A stretch of DNA of 64,000 nt from Azolla caroliniana (lineage: Eukaryota; Plantae; Polypodiophyta). Shown here one piece after another: positions 26,301 through 39,159 of the stretch. Made by a program: the position numbers and the translations under genes. The stretch's first letter is position 1, and every line of letters begins with the position of its first letter. The stretch spans positions 11,966,001-12,030,000 of the forward strand of contig JBHGNT010000014.1 in NCBI GenBank assembly GCA_043228905.1, read 5' to 3'. The notes under the pieces were generated by a model. It was given only the letters and a program-made list of their open reading frames with translations, searched no databases and had not been told where the DNA came from.

Positions 26301-26920
26301 AAATATTGTCATACATTTTTAAAAGAAACACAGAGAAAACAAAAACATACCAGTTAGGCATGCAACACATAAACTATGAATAATCAAAACCTAAAAATGG
26401 CCATACACATGCAAATAAAAAACAGACAGACAGGAAACATTCAGAAAAAGAAAACATACCAGTCGGGCATGCAACACAGAGAATACCTGGAGGTTGTACA
26501 ACTTGCAGAGGTACCACACCGTGTTGATTTCGACACCTTGGGAGCACACCAAGCCTTCAAAATCACCTATATGCAAGAGGTTGTTGACGAGGCTGTTGTA
26601 GAGGAGACAAACGAGCATACACAGAGGAGACAAACGAGCATACACAAGGAAGGAAAATCAACAACACATACAACGAGCAGGGGAAACAAAAATCTCTGCG
26701 TATACAGAGTTCAGAGATCGAACCTGGCACAAAGGGGAACACAAGAACAGCTACGCGGGGAAACAGAGAATCGAAGGTGGAGTGAGAGAGAGAAACTGAA
26801 AGAAAGAAAGAAACAGAGCTTCGAAGGTGGAGTGAGAGAGAGAAAGAGAGAGATAGACCTATAATAGATATGTCGTCTTTCTTTAACTTTCTGCCACTGT
26901 CTGTCTGACAACTTCGAGAC

Positions 26921-26966
<46 letters not shown>

Positions 26967-27260
26967 CCAACTGACACGTTCGACTACCCATACCAGAGAG
27001 AGAGAGAGAGAGATACTGAGACTGACCAACTGTCACAATGGATACCTTCTCTAGGTGTGCTTTCATACAACTCTACCTAGGAGACTGGGGCAACAATTAA
27101 TGTATCAAATATGGCCTAGGGACATTTCGAGTGTGACGTATAATATCTTTGTGCATTCGAGTGTGACGTAATGAATTTGTTTTTTGTTTTTTGAAATTTA
27201 TTTACAATTTTTAATGTTTATTTTCTTCTTCGATTTAGTACTAAATTTTTGGCCAAAAGT

Positions 27261-27286
27261 TGGTACACCATAGCATGCTTCGACCC
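27261..27286 (-). repeat. Right terminal inverted repeat
   Basis: TGGTACACCATAGCATGCTTCGACCC followed by the ATAA TSD. Confidence 0.92.
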
Positions 27287-28650
27287 ATAAACTTGTGATA
27301 GAAGTTTACGAATCCTAAAAAGCATTGCACATCTTGCAATCAACGTGGAGTCTACCACTTCAACACTGTTTGGACTTTAGCTGGATCCATAGAGATGTCT
27401 TCCGATGAGATGACATAGCCTAGAAATTCCACCTAATTACAGTCAAAGCCACACTTTTCCAGCTTTGCATAAAGACCATGTTCTCATGATCGTCTTAGCA
27501 CTAATAGTACATGAGAATCACGCTCCTCTTGTGACTTTGAATAAACTAGCAGATCATCCAAGTAGATGATCAAATAGATGTCCAAAAGATCTCGGAATAT
27601 AATGTGCTAGAAAACCGTTGGTGCATTGGTGAGACCAAATAGCATAACTTTATATTCAAAGTGCCCATATCGGTTGCGGAAAGTTGTCTTCCATTCGTCT
27701 CCCGGTCGAATCCGTTCAAGGTTATATGTTCCTCATAAGTCGATTTTTCTAAAACACTTTGCGGCATTAATTCCTTCTAAAAGACTCGAGATCAGGGGAA
27801 GTTCATACCTATTCCTAATGGTGACCTTATTCAAGCCACGATAATCCATGACTAGATGAAGTGATCCATCTTTGTTCTTGACAAAAAAAATAGGTATACC
27901 AGCTGGAGATTTTGAATGTCAAATGAACCCATTTGCCAAATTTTCCTCTATGTAGGCTCGAAGAAATTCAAGCTCGATTGGTGACAAGTTATAGATCGGT
28001 CCCCACAGTGGCTCTTTTCCGGGTTGTAAGTCAATGGAACAATCATACGGTCAATGATGAGGAAGAGTACTAGCTTTTACCTTATCAAAAACATCAGTGT
28101 AATGATGATACTTATTTAGAAGTTGAATTGTTGACTCCTCCTTAGTGGTGTTGGAAGGTTTCATTGATACTGTGAATACATGTGTTGCTTCCTTGCGTCC
28201 TTCCTCACGCAATTGATGTAACGAAATCATTGAAATCTTATGAGTAGATCCTCGAGGTTGTCAATACCCGATTTCTCTTGTTCTCCGATCTACGTCCGGA
28301 TTGTGTAATTAGAACCATGGTAACCCCAAAACAAGTGGATGCTCTGGACTACTAATTATATTAAATGATACTAAACATTCCAAATTATTTAGGACAACAT
28401 TAATCAGCTTTGACTCTTCTACAATATTTCCAGAAGCAATAGGACGACCATCAATGACTACTACAGAAGCTGGGCAAGGGAGTTTTCTTAAGGATATCTA
28501 ATGACCTTGGGCAAAATTATTATCCATGAAGCAAGAATTGGCTCCGGAATCTAGGAGTGCTAAGACATGTATTGGAGGATTACGTTTAGTACTAATTGTT
28601 ACTTGAGCTAGGAAGACATTGTTAACTTGATTGGAGGGAATGGAACCACT
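27287..28650 (-). mobile_element. Old degenerate Gypsy (Tcn1-like) protease-RT fragment
   Basis: The minus strand encodes ALLDSGANSCFMD, PLVLGLPW, IYLDDLLVYSK and FLGFVNFY, with many stops and frameshifts. Confidence 0.8.
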
Positions 28651-28790
28651 AATGGGCTACACATATCTCTTTTATAGTACTCTCAGGAGTACTCCTGAAG
28701 TTTCTAGAATGTTCCAAAGTAATATGGAATATACATGAATTTCCTATGGTGAAATAATAAATGAAAATAATATCTTCTATATTACAATTC

Positions 28791-28856
28791 ATGGTTTAAT
28801 GGTAAGGGTTCAACCCATGTAACACAAGGTCATGGGTCCAAATCCTCTTGGAGCCA
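28791..28856 (+). mobile_element. tRNA-like (A/B box) SINE head or tRNA pseudogene
   Basis: TGGTTTAATGGTAAGG...GGTCATGGGTCCAAATCC; similar to 37675-37747 on the minus strand. Confidence 0.45.
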
Positions 28857-28869
28857 TACCATGCCATAT

Positions 28870-31800
28870 CATGACAGGTGTTGGTTAGAGACATAAAGAA
28901 CTACCAACAGCGATTAGAGTCCACACAGAGGATTTTGGCCTAAGGGCGGTGAAGGTTGGTTATGAAGGCTTGCCGAGTCAGTGCTTTACATGTAAGAAGA
29001 TGGGCCATATGGCCAAACAATGCCCTCTATATGGGAAGAAAAGAGCGGATAGGGGACATCAAGGCATCATGTTGCCGGTTAACCCAAAATCAAGGACGGG
29101 AGGCCAGATGATCCTGGTTCACAATGGGAAGCAAGTAGTGGGGGAAAAAGGATGGCTATCGCCGAGGAAAGTGGCCAGGCCTGACCTCCATGGTCTCAGC
29201 AGTCCACCTACAAGTGGCGGATCCATTTTGAACAGATTTGACATCCTATAACAAATGGAAGAGGAATCCCAAGAAGGCGAAATAATTTTAGCAACTCCAT
29301 TCGATTTATTGCCATGAGTCAAGACCCACGAAACACCTGTAGAGCCCTTCGAGGGACGTGGCAATAGATTTTCATCAGACCTGAGAACGGTTAAGGCATG
29401 GATCAAGAAAGTGAAGGACAAGGAAAGTCAAGCGGACATTGGGAATAGTGAATAATGATCACACGAATTGAGGTCGGAAATCCCTTGACTGTGGGAGTTG
29501 AGTTTGTTATGTTGAAAGAATTGAGGATGCAAGTTATGCAGGTACCCAAGGTCACGGTGAACATTGGTAATCCCAAGGGAAGAGTTCACGGGTGGAGTAG
29601 AGCACACATGGTCCTCATCAACAACTCAGGTAGACCGGAGACCGGTTGTTTTTTTGACTTGTAGCTTGATTTGGAAGATGAAAGGGGAGAAGACTCGTCC
29701 TTGAAGTCGTTTTATACAGGGTAGCAGTATGTTTCTGGTACCTTACATCTGAAAACGAGGTTGTGGGGCTACAAACATTATGGAAGAGCTCCCCGATACA
29801 AGGGGAACTTATGGAACTTGCTCAAGATGTTCCATTGGTTTGCATATGGAAGGTACATGATCTAGTGTTGAAGCCTGGTTTGTTCCACTTCCATTGTGAT
29901 GAATTACCCAAGAATCAAGAATGGAAAATAAGCATGGAGTGATAATTTCTATGGTGTATGGTGGAGACATATTTGTCGAGCATGGGAGATTCCCCCTCGG
30001 GTTTTCTCGTGAACCCAAGTCAATGAGAATTTGTTCTTGGAATGTGCAGGGACTTGGTGGGCCACAACATCTACTAGAGAAGAGAATTTTTAGGAGAGAG
30101 TTGGACGTTGTTGGCTTATGTAAGACAATCGATATTTTGCTCTTAAAAGAGCATCACCTTGGACGAGAAAGAACAGAACTTTTCAAAGACCCGTTGCCAG
30201 GGGATTGGTACACATGGTGGGCCCCTGCTCACAGTGTGTTAGAGAGGAGAGGTGGAGTCTATATTTCGGTGAGGAAATTACCGGATATTGCCATTTTGGA
30301 TCATCGTATACTAATAGAAGGCATGGCCATGTTCAGCTACCTGGAATGGAGGAATGCAAAATTTGGGGTGTTGAATGTCTATGCACCAAATAGTAGCAAT
30401 GAGAGGACCTCATTTTGGAGTATGTTGACCAACAAAATTCCCTCCTTTGACAATTGGATAGTGGTGGGGGATTTTAACATGACAGAGAGAATGAAATATT
30501 GTCTTGGGGCTCATTCGAACTTGTTACAGGGGGAGGAGCTTAGAGCATGGGGTTTCTTAATTTCTATGTTGGAAATCCAGGATTCATGGTATTCTAGTAT
30601 GGCGGTTGAGGCGAATTCCTTGAGGTTTTCACGATTTGGTTGGAAGGAGAGTGAAGGATGTCACTCTAGATTGGACCACATCTATGTGAGCCCCGGAATA
30701 GAAAAATGGAGTAGCTACACATACATTCTAGTTGGCTTTACCTATTCGGATCGCCTTCTAGTCTCTTGATTCTCGAACCTATTTATAAGAAGAAGAGTGA
30801 GAGCAATTTGAGGATTCCTCTGAAGATTTTGAGCAATGAATAACATTTGGGCGGCATCCCCATCATTTGACGATCCGGTACAAGTACTAGTGGAAAAGAT
30901 AATTATTAATTCTTCTTTTGTTCTTTAGAAAGTGGCTAGGGAGGAGCTAGGGAGGTGTCAATACCGGTTACAACGCCTAAGGAAGGCAGTCATCTCAACT
31001 CAAAAGCTCACGCAAGTAGACCCATGTTGTGCTTGGACAAAAGACAGGCTACAAGAGGCCACTAGGGTGCCACATGAGATTAGGCAGCAACATGAGCAAT
31101 TCCTCTTCAGAAAGTCGGCAGCATGGTGGGTTGTCAAGGGAGATAAAGTTAACAGGGAGTTTTTTCTTACCAAGGCTTCGAAACGGAGAGGAACGCATAT
31201 TCAAAGTCTCAAACAAGAGAATGAATCGATGGTGTCTGATTAAGAGGAAATCTTGCAAATTGCGACTAATTACCACAAAGACCTTTTAGCTCCAATGTTG
31301 ACAAACGGCTCTCCGAGTAACCTGATGCATGATGTGCTTGCATGCTTGAAGACCAAGATTGGAGAGGTAGCTAAACCTCAGTTGCCAAAGGCCATAGAGA
31401 AGGAAGAGATTGTAGCGGGGCTAGACAAGACACATAGTATGGCTTGTCCTGGAGCTGACGGCCTTCCCAAAGCCTTCTTCAAGGAGTTTTGGGGCCAAAT
31501 TTGTCCAAGCTTGGAAGCTGGATTGCAGGAGATGTGGAGAACGGGAAGGATGCCGAGTAGCTTCAATGAAGGCTTGATATACCTGATTCCTAAATCAGAG
31601 ACTACGTTGTACGATATTAGACAATGGAGGCCCATTACAATTTAAATCTAATTTATAAAAAATTTACTAACATACTAGTGCAGAGAATCAAGCCCTTTCT
31701 AGGAGATATCATCCAGACCAATCAAATCGGTTTCATGGAGCATCTATCTATTATGGACAACGTGATATTGTTTTGGGAGGCTGTTGCAACGTCAAGGGAG

Positions 31801-32950
31801 ACCAAGCAAAACATAGCATGTCTGATGCTCGACTTCGAGAAAGCCTATGATCGAGTGCAATGGTCTTTCCTTGAAGTGATGAAGGTCATTGAGCTACCAT
31901 GGGAATGGAGGTGTGTTGCCCAAGCCTTATATAGGAATGGCTCGAGTAAGGTGTTGATTGCAGTGAGGAAAGGAGCTTGAATCTCTCTAACTAGATCCAT
32001 CAGACAGGGTTGTCCTCTCGCCCCCTTTCTATTCCTCGTTATTACTGAAGCAATGTCTACCTTTTTTAATAGTCAGGTGGAAAATCTACATGGTCTTTTG
32101 ATCCCTAACTCAAGGAAGTCCCTATTGAACTCGGAGTTTGCGGACGATACGATGTTGTACCTCCAAGGCAATGAAGCGAATCTTGAGAGGGCATAGAGTG
32201 CTATCGATCTCTTTTTCAAAGCATCGAGAACCTCCATCAATTGGAATAAGTCCAAGGGTTTTTGGATTAGCTCGGAGGCAAAGTCTGTATGGGAGCCAAA
32301 TGCTGAATTCAGATGGATTGTAGGGAACGTGGATTGGTGTAGATATCGACAAAGGAATACAATTGCAACAAATTCAAAGTAAAATTTTGACAAAATACGC
32401 AACTAGTCCGGGATGAACTTATCATTGGATGGTTGGATCATAGTAGCTAACCATTTGCTCTTGTCTACGTTATGGCATGCAGTCTCCGTGTGGATGTTAT
32501 TAGTGGTCGGTCTTACAGTTTGGCAAGTGTGGGTATCTAGATGCAAGGAGACTTTCTTAGGTAAGCGAACCCCACCGGCTAAGAGTTTAATGATGATCTG
32601 GTTTAATCTTATTTCTACGTTACGAGGAGAGTTTGAAAGCCTTCAAGGGCCCTCGGACGCGAGTGAAGAAGCTAGAGCTCGGTTCCTTCTGAAATGGAGA
32701 GGTTCTCCGATGCTACAGATAGTGGATGGCAAAGCGAAGTGGAATTATCAACCATCATGGTGGTTGTTCCCTCCAAATGTACCTAACATATAGATGGGTG
32801 CTGCAACGAGAAGAGATTGGAGGATGTCTATGTTGAATTTGGGTTGTATGAGGCTCACGTGGAGGGTATGTGGTCGAGTAATGTTATGCTCATCGGATGA
32901 TGTGGTGTTTTGGAGTTTTTTTGTTGTTTCCTTTACACATGTTGTTTTCT
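28870..32950 (+). mobile_element. Degenerate L1-type LINE (ORF1 zinc knuckle, APE endonuclease, RT)
   Basis: CFTCKKMGHMAKQC; ICSWNVQGL, NVYAPN, GDFN, SRLDHIY; PGADG, WRPITI, LDFEKAYDRV, RQGCPLAP, FADD. Many stops, and an internal deletion near 32500. Confidence 0.9.
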
Positions 32951-34940
32951 TTTCGCCATGCAAGTTGGCATGAAAGATATGAGTTGTATATTATCCTATG
33001 TACATTGCCTTAACTAATGGAAGTAGTGTTTTTTTTTTGGAAAGACATGTTTCACCTGTCAAGTCATGAGGAAAGCTCTAAGATGCACCTCACCATAATA
33101 TTCATCAACAATGCTTAGAGTTGGGGATATGGCATATGGTTTCTTCCTCAAGGCACAAGTCATTTTTTCATTCAGGATGCAAATAATGGCTCAGAGGAGG
33201 CCTTTACTAGAATCGATAGGATGTTTATTCTTTTGTGATCCACCGCAAACAACCTATCGCCAAAGCAAAACGTGGTGGTATCGCTATCATATGCAACAAA
33301 AAGAGATAAACTATGATGGTTGTCCTTTACTAGAGTAGATATTATATGATCGTACTACGTTCGACATCTTCATAGATTACTTGATTCCTAATCGATTTGC
33401 CCCTTTCCATATCATAGGTAATGGAATCAAAGAGTATTTTACACAATGTCAATAGATTGGCCAAAATTGTAGTTAAATGTTGATGAGGGGTTGTTTGCGT
33501 AGACTCTTGCGTGAGCATGATGTACAACATAGTAAGCAAACATTGAAGGGGAGTTACAAACATAGTTGGAGTAAAGTCAGATACACTCAAAATAGCCTTG
33601 CTAGTTGGAAGGAAACCACTTAAATCTTATTGAGAGAAACATTTTTCAACTTTAGAAACCATCTAAGATAGGAAATTGTGTTACGATGGTAACACCAAGC
33701 TACCATAGATTATATGTTTAGAAGTATCAACATATATTTGCAAACTGTCTTTACATTGTCATTAGTTGTTAACATTGATTGTCTGGATTAAGATACTAAG
33801 GATGTGAGATAATAAGCACACAGTGCAAGCCTTCTGAATACGACAAACGATTCTTTTGTGGGTACAAAAAACATAAGCTGTTCTAAAAATGACACATTTA
33901 GTTAGTAGGCATAGATTTAAAAGACCTCTAGCCCAACATCTAATCACAAGATCCATGAATGGATGCAGATAAATATATAAGTATTCCACATCATACCTAA
34001 TCGCACAAATTCAAATCATGCCACATCATTTGACTAAATGCAAGTTTGTGTTTGGACGGGTCAGCATACCTCAAAAACATGGGTCCCAAAAAAGAAAAGA
34101 TGGTTTCCCATCTATCACGTGCAAGCATGTCAAACCTCCCTCACTATCAATGGTCTAATGTGAATCTAGTCTTAATCAATAAAAGCACTCAAATTTGCAT
34201 TGGATATGCTTGTATTGTGAGTATTTCCTCATTAGAAAGTACTATATAGAGTTAAGTATATGTATTTTCTTACACATGATGATCTAAAGCAGATATGAAC
34301 ATACATATTCTTATACATCATGTAAACCAAGGTTAAGTAAAACACATCATCTAAACCAAACCAAGATAAGTAACATTCTAGAAAAAATGTATCACACAGA
34401 CGACTTGTATATATTTTTTAAATGGAACCCTAAACGCTACAACATTCTTTCATACACTACATTATCCACACTCATACTATATAAAATTCATACGGCCACA
34501 CACCATGCAGGAATTATTTTTTCAATTGTCTGTTTATACTTGGGTATTATTTGGCAGCATGAATCTTACTAGATAAAATGATAACAGCACAAATCATGAA
34601 CCAGAATTTGTGTAGTATTCTAAATGGAGCCCTAATTCCTATCACTGCTCTCATTATTGGACTACTACAGATGGATCAATTTGTATTCTTATGAGATTCA
34701 CAAGAGGGATTAATTCATTCTCTTATGAGATTGACATAAGAAATCAATCCATATTCTTATGAAATTCCCAAGAGGATTGATCAGACCACAAAGAAAAGTA
34801 AAGTTTTCGAACTGCTAGAATATTAGTATTTCTTTATTTCATGTGGTATCACAAACCTCTTAATGAGTCTGGGAAGCTCAAAGTTCACAAAGAGTAGTAA
34901 ATGACCATTTGCAGCTTATCCTTAACAGAAGGAAAAATGA

Positions 34941-37149
34941 TTAATTCTTTTCCTCCTCTTTCTTTGAGCTGGGACGGATGAATAACCAACCAACCGCAAG
35001 AAGACCGGCAACACCTGCAAATACTGCAAAATTTTTGGAAGAATCCTTTGATGGCCCGGGAATTGAATAAGAACCAGAGTCAGATGGTTTGGAGCTCCCC
35101 CCATGGTCCGATTCTTCATGTGCAGTTGCCTGCATTCATTATTGTGTGTCACAATCACTTTGCTCAAAATCTTTGGAGACATAAATGTATGTATTGAAAA
35201 GATTCAAGTAAGAATACCTGCTTTGCTTTTTCCAGCTTCTCTTTCTCCATTTTCTAAGGGGAAATTAAAACAAAAGAAAAATGAAGTAGAGTACTTAGTC
35301 TCAAACATAGATACCCAAAGTTTTGGTTCACAAATCTAAAACACATTTCCAAATATAAGCACAAAAATTAGATTGACAGATCTCATGGGCTATGATTTGA
35401 CATTTTGGAAATTTGTTTCCAACAAGAACAGCGGAGTTCTTAGGATACTGCTGTTTATTTCAGATCCAGGGTAGTATTAACGATGCAGAATAATTAACCA
35501 CAGCAAAAGATGAACCAAAAATATGCACAACGTACGATTAACCACCTTCATAAATATATCAAAACAGAATTTAATGTCTAAAACATACAAACCAGAAGTT
35601 TTGCCTCGCAATATTAAAATACGTTTCCAAAATACAAATAACATTATTCGAGAGATCCCATGAGTTATGACCCAACACTTCACAAATTTATTTCCAAAGA
35701 GAGCAGCAACTTTAGTTAAGATACTCATGTTGATTTACACTGCAGCATAGTAATAGTTATGCGGAATGATTAACCGCGGAAAAAGAAGAACCAAAAAAAT
35801 ATCTACAATGCATGCCTAACTGCCTAAATAAAAAATAACCACCTGCATACTTCAGTACATGTATCAAGAAAGAAGATTTCTAAAGACTTTCATAATTGAC
35901 ATGCAAATCTCTGGTGGTATGAATGACAACTGTGAGTATACAACATGGCAAACTATAATAGCAAGAAATCAGTTGCCATACAAAAAAAACCTACAATGCA
36001 TCAATATAGTTTTAATTTATTCTTAAAACTTAGAAGAATTGATACTTGATTGCAGATTCGCAATGTAATAAAGCATCGCATGGTTTCTAAACAGTAAGGA
36101 GCTACAACGATACGAAACAAGAAAACCTTTATAAACGCAACAACCATTGTCAATTTGACAGAATATATACCTACTACAGTCCATAGAATGATGTAACAAT
36201 AGCAGCTACAAATGTTCGATTTTCAAACTAGACGAGGTCCACGAGAGGTGCATAATTCTCATATGACTCTGATGCATTCGCCACCATCAAAATTGAATCA
36301 TATATAATGGAATTTTCAGGAAAATAAACAACTTGTAGGTTTACTCTATGCTACTTATTTTCCATGACTATGGGTGCAAGAAAAGTATTTCCTGCTTCTA
36401 TCTGTGATGAAAGTACATAAGTTACATTGAACCTTTCACGATCATGAGATAAAGAATTTTATTCCAACATCATGACGAAAAAATCATGTACATAGAAACT
36501 GTTCTACAAAAAGTCTCGCAAACATAGCGATCATTCTATCTACGAGCTCATGGAATTGCGAGCAGTTAAAAGGATGGATAACAATTTCAGAATGAAGGAG
36601 AGATGAGAAGATTATGTGTGCCACAGAGATAGACGGGAGTGAGCATTATGAAGACGGAAAGCTCTGACATGAAATTATGTGCAAAGAAACGAAAAAGGAG
36701 ACAGTTTTAAGATAAAGCCTGTCCAAAGTTCCAATAAAAGGAGATATTTAGACAAGAAAGAGAAAAGAGGTGCTTCGAAAACATAAAATGCGCAACGAAC
36801 CAGAGAAAAACAGAGATCAATGATTCAGCTAAATTCTCAAAACGCGGCATGGACGCAGCATTAAGAGATCAGGACAGAAAACTATATAATTTCAAGAAAT
36901 CTTCGCATGGTATTAAGTAGCAGAAGAAGGGGGGGGGGGGGGGGGGGAAGATCATATATAAATCGAATGTCAAAGAAATAAAAGGAGGAAGGGAGAGGAA
37001 GCAGGAGGAGGAAATGGTACCTTGATGAACATGTTCTCAGCGGCACGTTCTTCTTCGCTGAGCACATTCCCACCGCTACTGAAAGCTCGTGCAGGAAGGC
37101 GACGAGGAGCAGATGAGCCGAAACGGGAAGCAAGAGATCGCAACGCCAT
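34941..37149 (-). CDS. Small mitochondrial protein, At2g27730-like (plant complex I P2/16-kDa subunit family), 117 aa
   Basis: Exons 37149-37021, 35253-35218 and 35129-34941, all GT-AG phase 0. Translation: MALRSLASRF...FSSGGNVLSEEERAAENMFIK-KMEKEKLEKAKQ-...KNFAVFAGVAGLLAVGWLF. Arg/Ser-rich presequence and C-terminal TM segment match the recalled Arabidopsis sequence. Confidence 0.88.
36929..36947. repeat. Poly-G run (~19 nt) in intron 1
   Basis: Seen directly. Confidence 0.9.
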
Positions 37150-37161
37150 AGCTTCTGGACG

Positions 37162-37199
37162 AGAAGAAGAAGAAGAAGAAGAAGAAGAAGAAGAAGAAA
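37162..37199. repeat. (GAA)n microsatellite in the 5' UTR
   Basis: Seen directly. Confidence 0.9.
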
Positions 37200-37674
37200 T
37201 GGTTTTGTTCTAAACACAGGAAAAATAAATATGTATAAAAACAAACCAGAGACAGAGAGAGAATAGAAGAAGGAGAAATTAGAGTGAAATGAAGATGAAT
37301 TGAGGAGGAGAGTTCGTGTAAATTAATTAGTCCAAAATTATCCGTCCAATGCAACGTGTTCACACCACGACTCGCCCGCCCATCCCATTTATATTTGTCC
37401 GTCTCATCTCAATCTCAGTCCCAGACTCCCCAGTCCCAGTGAAAACTCGTGTGCTCTTACTAACATTAGCTTTTTCTATCTTCCTTTCTCTCTATCGTAA
37501 TTAGCTTACCCTAGCGATAACTTATTTTTCTATCTTTCTTTCTCTCTATCGTAATTAGCTTACCCTAACCATAACTTATTACACTATAAGCACTACATTT
37601 TGAGGTCAAAACCCAATGTTCTCACCTCTCTATTACTTCAAACATATCTCCTTAATTCACTAAAATGTCACTAT

Positions 37675-37747
37675 GGAACCTAGGGGTTGAACCCATGACC
37701 TCATGATCTCCATTGGGCAACCTTACCGATGTGGCCTGTGGCTACCC
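37675..37747 (-). mobile_element. tRNA-like SINE head
   Basis: Minus strand GGCCACATCGGTAAGG...GAGGTCATGGGTTCAACCCCT (A-box/B-box-like). Confidence 0.45.
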
Positions 37748-38866
37748 CTTCATAGCTCCAGATACCTGCCTACCAGAATCTAGGGGTGGACACGTTAGGT
37801 GGGACAACTTCTTGACTATGAGTTTGCATTCGGTATCACCTGACACGATGTAAAGCAATGGGTTATGTTTGTGTTCACACTTGGGAGTAGAGAGGTAGGT
37901 AGTTTGAGAGAAATCATCATGTGTGCATTAAGAGTGCCATTTGGCGCAAGCATAATACTTATCTCTTGTAATAGTTTTCATCGAGATAAATTCGGGGAAA
38001 AGCTAATCAGGGGGAAACAAAGCACTCGCTCGAACCACACCAAGCTAAGGGGAAGAGTATAACATGAGATCTCTCTCTGGAGTGTTAAACGAGAGATCTA
38101 CCAATTGATCTTACAATCAATCTGCTTTCTATTTATTTGGGCTCATTGCCAATCTTTTGGTTGTTATTGTGATCAAATTCTACTATCGAGTTCTCTTGCA
38201 AATCTTTACTATCTTCTGTTTTCATATTGATTCTATTTACTCTTTTAAAATTTTCTAATATTGTAAGTTGTGATGATATGTTTGTGCTTCCTTGGTTTTC
38301 TCTTGGTCAAGAACTTGAGTAGCTCCACCAAAGCAAACATTATTTGTCATGGAAGGCAATCTTTACTATAAATTTTTGGTGAACCCAACATGAAATTTGG
38401 TTAAACACAAATTGCGCTACTTATGAGATGGTAAAGCAGAAAGGCTCCATGTAGAAATTTTGTAAGTTTCATCATTCAGTCGAGTTGCGACTGATGGGCT
38501 ACTAAAACCATATTGAAGAGCTCCAAGAAGGTGAGACGACATGGGTGGGCTATATGGATGGTGGAATGGGCCAAATCCACCCACAAAAAAAGTATCAATC
38601 AAAACATCCTTGCCAAATTCATGAACATATGAAAGCACCAAGGGTTCATAGAAAGTACAAGTTTTTGTTTAGCAACAATTGAAAGCTTATGTCGTAGGAA
38701 TTTTTACAAGGATACAAAGTGGTTTCATGGAACGACAATATGATCTTTGAGTACACAACAAACATTTGATCGTAAAAACAATACATACATGGAACAAGGA
38801 TACAATCTCGATTTGTGAAGAGCAAGCAAATTCTAACAATGATCACATGTAGTGAAGTATTTAAGA

Positions 38867-39055
38867 ATAATACTAATACTAATACAAGTACTAATTCTAA
38901 TTCTAATTCTAATACTAATACTAATACTTATACTAATACTAATACTAATACTAATACTAATACTAACAGTAATACTAATACTCATACTAATACTAATAAA
39001 TAAATAAATTAGATAAATAAAATAAATAAATGAATGAATGAATGAATAAATAAAT
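38867..39055. repeat. (AATACT)n plus (AAAT/GAAT)n microsatellite upstream of TIM8
   Basis: Seen directly. Confidence 0.9.
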
Positions 39056-39159
39056 TAAAAACAGGGCAAACAATTAATTAAACAAAAATCCGAGCCTCCC
39101 ACCCCCTCTGTTGCCCTAATTCATTCGGAAATCGAAGCCAACAAGATCGGAAGCTCTCC

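Larger units (their letters stand above)
4575..27286 (+). mobile_element. Sola2-like TIR DNA transposon (about 9.6 kb without the nested LTR elements)
   Basis: 26-bp TIRs GGGTCGAAGCA[C/T]GCTATGGTGTACCA at 4575-4600 and 27261-27286 (1 mismatch). ATAA TSD at 4571-4574 and 27287-27290. Transposase motifs DFAENY, WSDGAASQFK, GHGKGEHDGAG. The boundaries are seen directly; the Sola2 label rests on recalled features (GRG termini, 4-bp TSD, DDD core). Confidence 0.85.

Noticed and set aside
26376-26864. 162-aa plus-strand ORF near the right TIR
   Set aside because: Purine-rich low complexity with no motifs; antisense to the RING-gene leader.
36882-37363. Poly-L, poly-E and poly-F ORFs
   Set aside because: Alternative frames across the (GAA)n tract and exon 1 of the P2-like gene.
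37780-38400. Possible solo LTR between the P2-like gene and TIM8
   Set aside because: Could not define TG...CA ends or a TSD.
38815-39003. NT-repeat ORF
   Set aside because: Translation of the (AATACT)n microsatellite.
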